64,000 nucleotides of DNA from Candidatus Krumholzibacteriia bacterium (GTDB taxonomy: Bacteria > Krumholzibacteriota > Krumholzibacteriia > LZORAL124-64-63), in contig JAWOID010000018.1 of NCBI GenBank assembly GCA_046484865.1, forward strand, positions 64,001 through 128,000. The letters are read 5' to 3'. Under the pieces are notes generated by a model that was not told the origin of the DNA, did not search any database, and worked only from the letters and a program-made list of their open reading frames with translations. Of this stretch, positions 55,177-64,000 are shown piece after piece. Position 1 is the stretch's first letter. Each line of letters starts with the position of its first letter. Both the position numbers and the translations under genes were made by a program.

Positions 55177-58100
55177 TCACCGCTCCACGGCGAGCGTCAT
55201 CACCTCGATCTGCCGCTCTCCGGCGCCGTCGTGGATCAGCCGGCCCACGTAGAGGCCCGATACCAGCCCCGGCACCGGCACCTGGAGTTCGTTCATCTGG
55301 CCGGCCTCGGGCGAGTGCACGCGCCGCACGATCTCCTCTCCCTCCACGCTGTAGAGCGTGAAGGTCGCCTCCGCGCCGCCGGCGCTGTAGAAGCGCACCA
55401 CCACGGATTCCTCGCCGTGCAGCGGGTTGGGGTAGAGGATCGGATCGCCCGCGGCGACCTGCAACGGCGACTCGGCGCCCAGGTGCAGCGGTCTGCCGAC
55501 CGGCCCCGAGCGCCCGAATCCGCCGCCGGCTGCCAGCCACTCGCTGCTGGTGCCGCCGGCGGCCACGCCCCCGGCCACGGCGTAGCCGACCAGCCGCCCG
55601 TTGTTGAATTGCCGTCCCAGCGGCGGACCCGCGTAGCCGCCCGCGTCCAGGAGCCACAGCACACGCTGCGGATGCGGATCGGTGGCCTCGCGCAACGTCG
55701 TCCACGGCCCCACGGCCATGCCCGTCTCGCCCCGGTCACCCCACAGGAACGGCGTCTGGTCGATGAGCGCGCCGCCGCGGTCCAGACCGACGAGATGTCC
55801 CCCGGAGGTCGTGAAGTAGACCTCCGCGGCGCGGTCGCCGTCGGCATCGAAGACGACGGCCGGACCGGTGACGCGGGTGCTGTCCGCGAGCGGGAACAGA
55901 CCGTCGAGCCGTACCGGGAAACCGGTCACCGGCACCCCGTCAGCCTGGCAGGCGTGGACGCGTCCGGCCGTGAGGAAGACGACATCGTTGCGGCCGTTGC
56001 CGTCCAGGTCGGCCACCGCCGGCTCGCTCACCAGCGGTTCGCCGGGAGCGCCCCGCCAGGCGGTGCGTCCGGAGACGTCGCCCTCGCGGAGGTCCCAGGC
56101 GTCGACTTCGCCGCCGCGGAACACCAGCAGGCGGGCGCCGTCGTCGCCGGAGAGCAGCGCGGTCCGGACCGACTGCCCGGTCGGGACGGCGGTCCCGTAG
56201 GGGTGGAACGTGGGGTCTGGCATCAGGCCCGACCCGTCCGCCGTCACCTGGAACCAGCCGTCCTCGGTCACGACCGCCCAGGCCGGGCGGGGCGCGCCGG
56301 CGATCGGTCGCACCGTTCCGGTCAGTCGCTGCGCCGCCGCGAGGGCGAGCGGCGAGCCCAGTTCGGTCCCGTCGCTGGTCAGCAGGCGCAGTTCACCCGC
56401 GGCTGCGGGCAGCAGCAGCAGGTCGCCGGCGGGCGAGGGCCCCTGCGCGAGCGTATCGCCGAGGGCGACCGTCCAGGCCCAGGTCGGCGCCGTACCGCCG
56501 GTGATCGGCGGCAGCGCCGCCAGGTCGCCGGTCACCGACGCGAAGATCACCAGCGACGTGTCCTCCAGCAGGACCGGCGGTCCCGCCAGCGGCCCGGCCA
56601 GCCGGGCGATGCCGCCCGGCGGCAATCCAGCCGCCGGTGGCAACGCGGGCTGCCCGTCGGTCCGCAGGGCGAAGACCACGGGCTGCCACCGGTCGCCGCT
56701 CCAGCCCACCGGTGCCCGATCCACGAGGCCGAGCAGCGGTTCGCCGGCGGTGGGCAGGCTCACCAGCGAGCGTGGTTCGAGGCCGCGCGGGCCTGGCTCG
56801 TCCCCGAGCAAACCGGCCTCGGCTTCGCTAATCGGCGGCAGCGTGAACGGGAATCCCTCCACCAGAGGGTCGACGAAGCCGTCGAAGAGCATCAGCCCGT
56901 GGAACCCCCCGGTCGGACTGCTCGACAGCGGGCGCACGTCCCTCAGCCCGAATCCGGTCCAGCTCCGGTCCCAGGCCCGGCTGCTCGGCAGCCCCGACAC
57001 GCCGAGGGACTGGAAGCCATTGGAGGCCACCACCGGCTGTCCGTCCTCGTCCAGGACCACGGTATAGCCGCCGAACGGATCGTACGCCGAGCCGAGCCAG
57101 CCCAGGACGTACGCATCGAGCACTCCCATGTCGGAGATGCCGTCGGCCTCCACCAGCCGCAGACCGTCTCCGTGGAAGTTCACCGTGTTGTCCTGCAGGC
57201 CCGCCTCGATGCGATCACGGTTCACGTGCCAGACCAGCAGCCCGCCCGCGGGCATGAAGTAATCGTACAGACCGCTGTTGACGTCCTGCCCCTGAGCGGT
57301 CGAACCGCCCAGGTAGAGGATCACCCCGGTCTCCGGGTCGCTCTGGAAGAAGAGCTCGTCGAAGGCTGTCTCGCGCGGGCCGGTGGGCACCCACCGGTTC
57401 TCCAGGAGGAAGTACTCGCGCGGCGAGGCGCCGGCGCGCAGCACCTGCGGGTCGCGCAGGTCGAACTGCGGATAGCTGCGGTAGTCCACCGCCCAGCTCC
57501 CGCCCGGACCATCGCCCCGCGGCACCTGGATGGCGGGCAACTCGTAGCTGCGCGGCGGCCCGGTGACCTCGCCCGTCTCCACCCAGCCCAGGAACCACTT
57601 GTTCCAGGCGCCGAGCGAAGGTGGCAGGACGCCGATCACCGGCGTGTGCACCAGCGCCAGGCTGTCCGGTGCCACCTCGGTGACCGTGGTGATCGCGGCC
57701 CACAGGTTGGTGCCCGAGTCCATCAGATCCCAGTACCCCACCTGGGGCAGGCCGGTGTTCGTCGAGTAGACGTCCGCCAGCCCGAGCGCATGTCCGAACT
57801 CGTGGTACAGCGCCGCGGCGATGCTCCCCTGCCACCCGTCCTGGCTCGTGGTCTCGGGGATCACAGAGCACTCCGACAGCTCGCCGCTCTCGCCCGTCTC
57901 GCGGTCCGTGGAAAGCAGCGCCGCCGGCTCGCCGAGCGTGACGAAGAAGGTGGGCACGTCGTTCGGGGAATCCATGGCGATGTCGCTCTGCCAGTCGCTG
58001 CCGCTGTGCACGAAGATCACGTAGGCGAACGGATCGTCGTCGTCGAAGTCGGCCAGGGTGGTACCATCGCCGAACGGATCGTCCGCGGCGATGCCGTCGT

Positions 58101-58914
58101 CGGCCGCCCGGATCATGTCCCGCACGAAAAGCTCCAGCCCGTCGAGTGACCAGAAGCCGGAATCGCCGGGGCCGTAATCGTCCGGGTCGCCCACCAGGTA
58201 GGCGCCCTGGTCGCCGGTCGGCAAGACCGTGGACTGGATGTACAGACGACCGCCGCTCTGGAACCGATAGTACTCCGCCAGCCCGTGCAGGTGAGATTCG
58301 AAGTAGGCGCGATCGTGCGGCGGCGGGTCGGCGACGAAGCTGCCGTCGCCGGGAGGCGGCAGTTCCTCGAGCATGAAGCCCCCGTCGGCGGGCACCGTCG
58401 TGAGGTCGGGCCGCCGGTTGGTGGCATACGCGATGCGCACCAGGATGACCCGTAGCGTATCGACACCGGTCACGGCCTGCGCCAGGGGCAGCGCCTTGCT
58501 GCCGTCCTCGCTCATCACCAGGGCCGGTCCGAGGCCGCGCCGCCGCAACAGCTCGTGGCTCTTGCGCGAGTACTGGCGATTGCCGAGCAGCTCGTGGACC
58601 GCCTGCCAGCGTTCGCCGGTCACGCGCTGGCGAATCCGCTCTTTCTCGATGACGCGGCGCCCCTCGGCGGTGCGCTGCAACTCCCCCGCCGTGACTCTCC
58701 GCGCCGGTATGCGCTCCGGATGCCGCTTCACGCGGTCCTCGGCGGCGGCCCCGGACGCGAGCAGCAGCGAGAACAGCAGCAGAACCCCGCCCGCCGCGGC
58801 GAAGCACCTGATGACGGCCGGCCGCGTGCCCGCGAGAGCGCACGTTCGCGATCCGGCGACCGCGAGCGGCCGCCGCCGCCATCGGCCGGCAGGCGTGTTC
58901 GTGTCGAGATGCAA
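55177..58914 (-). CDS. Secreted M6 (immune inhibitor A)-like metalloprotease with FG-GAP repeats and T9SS-type C-terminal domain
   Basis: HEFGHALGLAD zinc motif, WDLMDSG Met-turn, EYFLLENR, ADLDGNG and C-terminal YPNP...YSVEGE...SGLY. Confidence 0.8.
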   Translation of the reverse strand: MHLDTNTPAGRWRRRPLAVAGSRTCALAGTRPAVIRCFAAAGGVLLLFSLLLASGAAAEDRVKRHPERIPARRVTAGELQRTAEGRRVIEKERIRQRVTGERWQAVHELLGNRQYSRKSHELLRRRGLGPALVMSEDGSKALPLAQAVTGVDTLRVILVRIAYATNRRPDLTTVPADGGFMLEELPPPGDGSFVADPPPHDRAYFESHLHGLAEYYRFQSGGRLYIQSTVLPTGDQGAYLVGDPDDYGPGDSGFWSLDGLELFVRDMIRAADDGIAADDPFGDGTTLADFDDDDPFAYVIFVHSGSDWQSDIAMDSPNDVPTFFVTLGEPAALLSTDRETGESGELSECSVIPETTSQDGWQGSIAAALYHEFGHALGLADVYSTNTGLPQVGYWDLMDSGTNLWAAITTVTEVAPDSLALVHTPVIGVLPPSLGAWNKWFLGWVETGEVTGPPRSYELPAIQVPRGDGPGGSWAVDYRSYPQFDLRDPQVLRAGASPREYFLLENRWVPTGPRETAFDELFFQSDPETGVILYLGGSTAQGQDVNSGLYDYFMPAGGLLVWHVNRDRIEAGLQDNTVNFHGDGLRLVEADGISDMGVLDAYVLGWLGSAYDPFGGYTVVLDEDGQPVVASNGFQSLGVSGLPSSRAWDRSWTGFGLRDVRPLSSSPTGGFHGLMLFDGFVDPLVEGFPFTLPPISEAEAGLLGDEPGPRGLEPRSLVSLPTAGEPLLGLVDRAPVGWSGDRWQPVVFALRTDGQPALPPAAGLPPGGIARLAGPLAGPPVLLEDTSLVIFASVTGDLAALPPITGGTAPTWAWTVALGDTLAQGPSPAGDLLLLPAAAGELRLLTSDGTELGSPLALAAAQRLTGTVRPIAGAPRPAWAVVTEDGWFQVTADGSGLMPDPTFHPYGTAVPTGQSVRTALLSGDDGARLLVFRGGEVDAWDLREGDVSGRTAWRGAPGEPLVSEPAVADLDGNGRNDVVFLTAGRVHACQADGVPVTGFPVRLDGLFPLADSTRVTGPAVVFDADGDRAAEVYFTTSGGHLVGLDRGGALIDQTPFLWGDRGETGMAVGPWTTLREATDPHPQRVLWLLDAGGYAGPPLGRQFNNGRLVGYAVAGGVAAGGTSSEWLAAGGGFGRSGPVGRPLHLGAESPLQVAAGDPILYPNPLHGEESVVVRFYSAGGAEATFTLYSVEGEEIVRRVHSPEAGQMNELQVPVPGLVSGLYVGRLIHDGAGERQIEVMTLAVER

Positions 58915-59005
58915 GTTGCCTCCGGTGCCGTCCTCCCGGCGAAGCCGCCGGGAGGACGCAGCAAGCTGATGATGCCGTCGCGGCGGCGTCCGCCGGGCGG
59001 TCCGG

Positions 59006-60034
59006 CTAGAAGCGGTAACCGAGCGAGAACCGGTTCACCCGGTCCAGACCTTCGGCCTGCGGCACCGACGCATAGTCGAAGTTGATGGCCTGCCCGGTCC
59101 AGCGATCGAGGTCGATGCCGAAGCCGTAGGTCGTGTCCTGGATGTCGCCGTAGGTGGCACTGGTGTAGCCGAACCGGATGAAGAGCGACTGGACGTAGTT
59201 CCACTCCAGACCCAGACCCCACTCCTCCTGGTCCATCTCCAGGCCCAGACCATAGCTGTCGGCACCCTCGTCGAAGTCGTAGAGCGGCACCTGGAAGTCG
59301 GCCACCGTCAGCAGGCCCATCGCCTCGGTGGCGAACACGCTGTAGGCGGCGCCCACGTGCAGCTTGCGCGGCATGGGATCGCTCTGGTCGGAGTCCACGT
59401 GCGTGATGTCGGGACCCAGGTTGGCCACCATCGCTCCCAGGTTCGCGCGCAGGAAAGGCAACTTCCAGAGCACGCCGAGATCCACGCCGAACGAGTCGCC
59501 GGAGCCGCCCGTACGGTCGCGCAGCGAGCGGTCGTCGGCCAGCTTGTCGCGGAAGTACTTCACGCCCAGGCCGATGCCGAGGTTCGGCGACAGGCGCAGA
59601 CCGTACGCGGCGCCCACCGCGAACATGTTGGACGAGAAGGTGCCGATCTCCGCTCCCGAGTCATCGGTGGCGATCTGCTCCCCCATGTCCAGGTAGTTGA
59701 TGTAGAAACCCACCGACCCGCTGGAGCCCAGGCCGCCGGCGAACCCCGCCCAGTACAGCGCGATGTCGTCCGCGAGGCCCTCGGCCAGCGGTGTCTGCAT
59801 GATCTGGAGGTCCCGCGATTCGGGCCGGGCCGATGCGAAGGCGAGGCCACCCGGGTTCCACCACGAGGCCGTGGCGTCCTGGGCGAGTGCGACGCCGGCC
59901 TCCCCCATGGCGTTGTACCTCGCACCGATGGGGAAGGTCAAGTTGATGGCTCCCGCGCCGGAGCCTGCCAGGGCAGCGCTGCTCGTCAGGATGCCGACCA
60001 GCCCCAGCAGGGCTGCCAGTCTGTTCCGCTTCAT
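59006..60034 (-). CDS. porV: PorV/PorQ-family outer-membrane beta-barrel
   Basis: LTFPIGARYNAMGEAGVA...WWNPGGL, ANLGP and C-terminal SLGYRF; immediately after the porU-like gene. Confidence 0.78.
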   Translation of the reverse strand: MKRNRLAALLGLVGILTSSAALAGSGAGAINLTFPIGARYNAMGEAGVALAQDATASWWNPGGLAFASARPESRDLQIMQTPLAEGLADDIALYWAGFAGGLGSSGSVGFYINYLDMGEQIATDDSGAEIGTFSSNMFAVGAAYGLRLSPNLGIGLGVKYFRDKLADDRSLRDRTGGSGDSFGVDLGVLWKLPFLRANLGAMVANLGPDITHVDSDQSDPMPRKLHVGAAYSVFATEAMGLLTVADFQVPLYDFDEGADSYGLGLEMDQEEWGLGLEWNYVQSLFIRFGYTSATYGDIQDTTYGFGIDLDRWTGQAINFDYASVPQAEGLDRVNRFSLGYRF

Positions 60035-60106
60035 CGCTCTCCTACCTTCGAAATGGCCCCGGGGCCTTGCCTGGGCGGCCGCGCCGCCCGTTCGCGAAAG
60101 AAAAGG

Positions 60107-63100
60107 TCAACGCATGATGACGATCTGACCCGTCTGGCGAATGTCCTCCCCGCCCCCGCCGGCCCCGAGGCCGCGCAGCACGAAGAGGTAGACGCCGTTG
60201 GCGATCGCATCACCCGCGTGATCTCGTCCGTCCCACTCGATGACCTGCGGACCCGCTGCATAGCTGTCGCGCAGGCTCCGCACCGGGCGACCCGACACGG
60301 TGTAGATGTCCCAGCTCACGTCCATCGCGTCGCTCAGTTCGAACACCAGCCGGCACGGCCCCGGCGTGGGGTTGGGGAACAGGGAGGTGCCGGCGATGCC
60401 GGAGATGCCTCCCAGCACCATCGTGAAGCTCACCGTGTCCGCTCCCACGTTGCCCAGGATGTCGGTGGCGTAGACCGCCGCCGAGTGGGGGCCCGGTTCC
60501 AGATCCGCCGGCAACGGGATGTCCAGTCGGCCCCGGGCGTAGCTGCCCGGCTCGAAGATGAAGGCGTCCGACACGTTCGTCATGAAGCCGGTGCCGTCGA
60601 ACTCCAGCAGCACGCTGTTGCCGGGGTTCGAGCCGAGGATCGCGACGCCGCTGGTGTCCTCGACCGCCGCCGACAGCATGCTGCCCGGGCGCACTCGCAC
60701 CCGGTTGTTCTCCAGCGACAGTTGCACGGATGGTCCCACGACGTCGTCGCTGACCGGCGCCGTGCCCCGCACGACCGGCAGGTACGCCGCCGCCGCACGC
60801 TCGCCGTCGGGCGTGCGGACGATGACCCGCACCCGGCCCCGCTCGCCCGTGCGCAGCTGCAGGGGCGCCTTGAAGACGATGCTCAGCTCGTCGTTCTCCG
60901 CGGGCCCCGTGCCGCGGAACAGGGTTCGTCCCATCCGCCAGGTGAAGTGCGTCGGCTCCCGCGGCGGCGCCGGGTAGTACCAGAACGCCTCCTGCGCATC
61001 GTCCACTTTCAGGTCGTAAGTCACCTCCGCCCCGGGAGCGACCCCCAGAGCGGCCAGGTCCAGGCGGACGGCGTGGGCATGCCCGGCGCGCACGGTGTCC
61101 ACGCTGGCGGCGGCGAAGGCGAGGTCGTCGCGCGGATGCGGCAGCGCCAGCCCGGGGTCTCCGAGCAAATTGTACCGCTGGGAGTTCTTGCGGTCGTACG
61201 GAAAGACCGCCGCCTTGGCCAGGCGCAGCACCTCGCCGAGCGGCCGGTCGCGACCCGTGGCGCGTCCGGGGAAGAGATTCGCGAAGAAGTGATTCGAGAG
61301 CGTGTTGTTCGCGTTGATGAAGCTCACCTGGCTGGCCGTGATGGCGCCGATGCTGCCGCCCCGGCTCTGCAGGACCATCGTCTCGCCCATGCTCTGACGC
61401 CGCGGATCGTCGAACTCCCCCACCTCGCAGCTGAAGGCGACGAAGACGTACGTGCGTTCTCCGTTCGCGAGGCCGGCGGCGTCCTCGGGGGTGAAGACCC
61501 GCTCGTCGGCGAGCACCCGGTTCGATCCGTGTCCCACGTAGTAGAAGAGCGTCGTCCCGTCGTTGAGATGGTGGAGCAGATCGGTGCGCGCTCCCGGCTT
61601 GTAGAGGCGGTCGCCCGGCGGGAAGGCGTAGTCGGCCATGAAGACCTTCTCCATGTCGATGCTCGCCGGAACGTAGTCGTTGGCCAGCATCTCCGCCTGC
61701 AGGGTGTGGAAGACCTCGCCGGGCAGGTTGTCCACGCCTCCCTTGTGCAGGTCGTCTGCCACGAACACCACGTTGTTGCGCCAGTTCCCCTCGGGCAGAT
61801 CCTGAACGTAGTCGCGGATCCGTCTCACGAAGGTGCGCGCCGCATCCGGCGAGCGCACCGGCAGCCGCCCGCTGGCCAGGTCGGGCACATCCAGGTACGT
61901 GTCCGGCGCATCGAACGAGACCGCCTGGTCGTCGGTGGCGTAGGGCGACGCTGCCGAGTTCGCGTACGGCAGGTTCGCCGGGAAGGCGGTGCGGATCCCG
62001 GTCGGCACGAAGTCGTAGACATCGACGGCGGGGTCGTGGTCCAGGTCGTTACGGTAGTCGCGGCTGCCGTCGCCGAGGAAGCAGACGAATCGCAGCGGGT
62101 GGGGTCCACCGAAGCTCCGCTCGTACAACCACTGCAGGAAGTCGCGCACCGCGTGGAGGTCCTTCTGGCCGCCGCTGAACTGGTCGTAGATGTCCTGGAC
62201 CGACACGGCGACCGCCACCGGATCGACGATGCCCGGCAGCGTCTGCGAGCGCAGCGCGGCGAGATCGGCCGCCGCGTCGCCGAAGCTCGGGTGGTGGACC
62301 ACGACATAATCCGCGTCCGGCACGCTCGAGCGCAGCGGCACCGGCTGCACGCGTTCCCCGCGTCGCACGTTCCGCACGTCGGCGTCGGCGAAGACCAGGA
62401 AATGGCTCGAGGTTCCCGGACCCCGTGGCACCGCGGCCTGCGACCGGTCGGGCTGAGCCGCCTGAGTGTGAGCCACCGCCACCACCGAGTCCGGTCGCGA
62501 GACGTCCCACCAGGTCACCGGGGACGGGCCGGGGAGCTGCACGTCGAACCGCACCACCTCGTCTGCGATGACCTCGTCCGCCCAGTGGGTGAACTCGAGG
62601 GCCGTCGCCGACGGCTTCGTCAGGTAGGCCGGATAGGCGATGTCGATGCAGTCCAGGCCGATGAAGTGCTTCACCGTGATGTTCTCGTCGACCTGCGCCG
62701 CGGTGGTGTTGCGCAGTGTGAACACGTTGTTGCCGGGTGCCAGCGTGGTCGTCGTGCCGACGATGCGCACCCGCGTGCTGTCGGCGTTGTACCGCCACGA
62801 CGTCGTCGCCAGATTCGCGTCCCAGTTGAACCAGGCCTCGGCCTGGTAGATGTAGGTCTGATCGCGCGGCGGAATGATGCTGGCGCGGTCCCGGGTGATG
62901 CCCTGGATGTCCACGCTGAAGCGGGCCTCGGCGTCTGGCACCGGATCGGCCAGGCTGAACGACACGGAGCGCGAGTACTCCACCGAGTTCTCCCACAGCC
63001 AGTTATCGGCCACCCAGCCGTACTCGTCGTGGTTCGACTCCTCCAGGTGGAGCCGCGCCCGGTGCTGCGTCACGGTGCGGTCGGCGGCGGGTGCCGGCGC

Positions 63101-64000
63101 CGCGGCCGCCATCCGGCGCGGCGAACCGGAGAACGGCGAGGGTACGTCGAACCCTTCCCAGGTGAGCCAGTAGACCGCCCGGGCGGCATACGGGTGCTCG
63201 TAGTGATCGAGGCGGGTCGCAGCCGGGTCGAAGCGGTCGAGCCAGGTGATGGTGTGCACGCCGTAGAAGCGCAACCGGTCGGTCAGGTTCCATTCGCCGT
63301 CGTCGTCGCCGAGCAACTCCACGGCCACCTCGTTGAGGCCCAGCCGCCTGGCTTGCAGGCTGTCCGGATGTTCCGGCGACGGGTGGATGGCCAGCTCGCC
63401 GCCGCGGAAGAGGCGCAACTTCGCCGGATCCAGCGTCTCGAGCGCCACCCCGTACATCGCGAGATCGTTGCCGTCCAGCTCGTAGCAGCCGGTTGCGTCG
63501 AGTTCCAGGCGTACCCAGTTGCGAGTGAGCGCGAACGGGTCCGGCGCGCCGTCGTCGTCCTGCTTGCGGCGATCCGTCGCCGCCGCGCGCGCGCCGGCCG
63601 TCAGCAGCCGATGCACCGCCGGGTTGACGAGGCCGGCCGGCAAGAACTCCTCGCCGCGCCCCCTCTTCTCGAGCCCGGTCTCGCCCTCCACGCGCGCCCG
63701 GTCGAGCAGCGACGCCTCGCGACCCGCCGGAGCGTGCTCGATGACGATCTCCGCCATCGCGACCACGCCGTCACCGAAGGCACGCGCTCCCAGGCCGCGT
63801 CCGTCGCGTCCTCCCCGGACGATCTCGGCGTTCAGGCGCACGCTCACCAGCGGCACCTCGCGCGACAGCCGCGGCGGTATGAACTCCAGCAGTTCCTGGG
63901 TGTCGAAGGTTTCGACCGGTTCGCGATGCCAGGTGAGGGTGCGCACGCGGGCGGTCACGTCCCGGCGGGTGGGGACGGCCACCGTGAATTCGGCGCCGCG
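60107..64000 (-). CDS. porU: PorU-like C25 (gingipain-family) sortase with C-terminal FlgD-Ig/CTD, partial (5' end outside window)
   Basis: IYDQFSGG, FLGDGSRDY, GRLP, catalytic YVGHG and FSC..GEFD, LLGDP and C-terminal FPNP...WDGRD..G...NGVY. Frame is open to the window end. Confidence 0.8.
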   Translation of the reverse strand, partial: RGAEFTVAVPTRRDVTARVRTLTWHREPVETFDTQELLEFIPPRLSREVPLVSVRLNAEIVRGGRDGRGLGARAFGDGVVAMAEIVIEHAPAGREASLLDRARVEGETGLEKRGRGEEFLPAGLVNPAVHRLLTAGARAAATDRRKQDDDGAPDPFALTRNWVRLELDATGCYELDGNDLAMYGVALETLDPAKLRLFRGGELAIHPSPEHPDSLQARRLGLNEVAVELLGDDDGEWNLTDRLRFYGVHTITWLDRFDPAATRLDHYEHPYAARAVYWLTWEGFDVPSPFSGSPRRMAAAAPAPAADRTVTQHRARLHLEESNHDEYGWVADNWLWENSVEYSRSVSFSLADPVPDAEARFSVDIQGITRDRASIIPPRDQTYIYQAEAWFNWDANLATTSWRYNADSTRVRIVGTTTTLAPGNNVFTLRNTTAAQVDENITVKHFIGLDCIDIAYPAYLTKPSATALEFTHWADEVIADEVVRFDVQLPGPSPVTWWDVSRPDSVVAVAHTQAAQPDRSQAAVPRGPGTSSHFLVFADADVRNVRRGERVQPVPLRSSVPDADYVVVHHPSFGDAAADLAALRSQTLPGIVDPVAVAVSVQDIYDQFSGGQKDLHAVRDFLQWLYERSFGGPHPLRFVCFLGDGSRDYRNDLDHDPAVDVYDFVPTGIRTAFPANLPYANSAASPYATDDQAVSFDAPDTYLDVPDLASGRLPVRSPDAARTFVRRIRDYVQDLPEGNWRNNVVFVADDLHKGGVDNLPGEVFHTLQAEMLANDYVPASIDMEKVFMADYAFPPGDRLYKPGARTDLLHHLNDGTTLFYYVGHGSNRVLADERVFTPEDAAGLANGERTYVFVAFSCEVGEFDDPRRQSMGETMVLQSRGGSIGAITASQVSFINANNTLSNHFFANLFPGRATGRDRPLGEVLRLAKAAVFPYDRKNSQRYNLLGDPGLALPHPRDDLAFAAASVDTVRAGHAHAVRLDLAALGVAPGAEVTYDLKVDDAQEAFWYYPAPPREPTHFTWRMGRTLFRGTGPAENDELSIVFKAPLQLRTGERGRVRVIVRTPDGERAAAAYLPVVRGTAPVSDDVVGPSVQLSLENNRVRVRPGSMLSAAVEDTSGVAILGSNPGNSVLLEFDGTGFMTNVSDAFIFEPGSYARGRLDIPLPADLEPGPHSAAVYATDILGNVGADTVSFTMVLGGISGIAGTSLFPNPTPGPCRLVFELSDAMDVSWDIYTVSGRPVRSLRDSYAAGPQVIEWDGRDHAGDAIANGVYLFVLRGLGAGGGGEDIRQTGQIVIMR

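Overview
High-GC (about 70% by eye) chromosomal segment from a diderm bacterium. The gene content (PorU/PorV-like proteins, CTD-bearing proteins) suggests an FCB-group lineage; this is inference, not a database assignment. All but one of the supported CDSs lie on the minus strand. Left part (1-16 kb): housekeeping genes, namely yceD-rpmF-plsX-fabD-fabG-acpP-fabF, sucC-sucD-ndk, a COG2403 P-loop enzyme, split hldA/hldC, a lipid A acyltransferase, dprA, obg, coaD, rsmD and aroK. Middle (16-34 kb): a complete type IVa pilus locus with myxobacterial/deltaproteobacterial gene order, comEA-pilB-pilT-pilC-pilS-pilR-three pilin paralogs-ABC ATPase/permease/TPR-pilD-pilMNOPQ, carrying three well-formed sigma54 promoters. 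Next come a single ORF that fuses a CbrT-like ECF S-component to a TonB-dependent-receptor-like beta-barrel through an internal signal peptide (the most unusual feature), a TPR protein, hutI-hutH, dinG and ligA. Right part (46.5-64 kb): a T9SS-like envelope cluster of a PorU-like C25 sortase, a PorV-like barrel, an M6-type metalloprotease with a CTD, two DUF5683-like paralogs, an NHL lipoprotein, a large SprA-motif barrel and an Omp85 protein. I saw no tRNA, rRNA, CRISPR array or mobile element. Start codons were re-picked by eye from RBS and family N-termini. All family calls are from motif recognition only.
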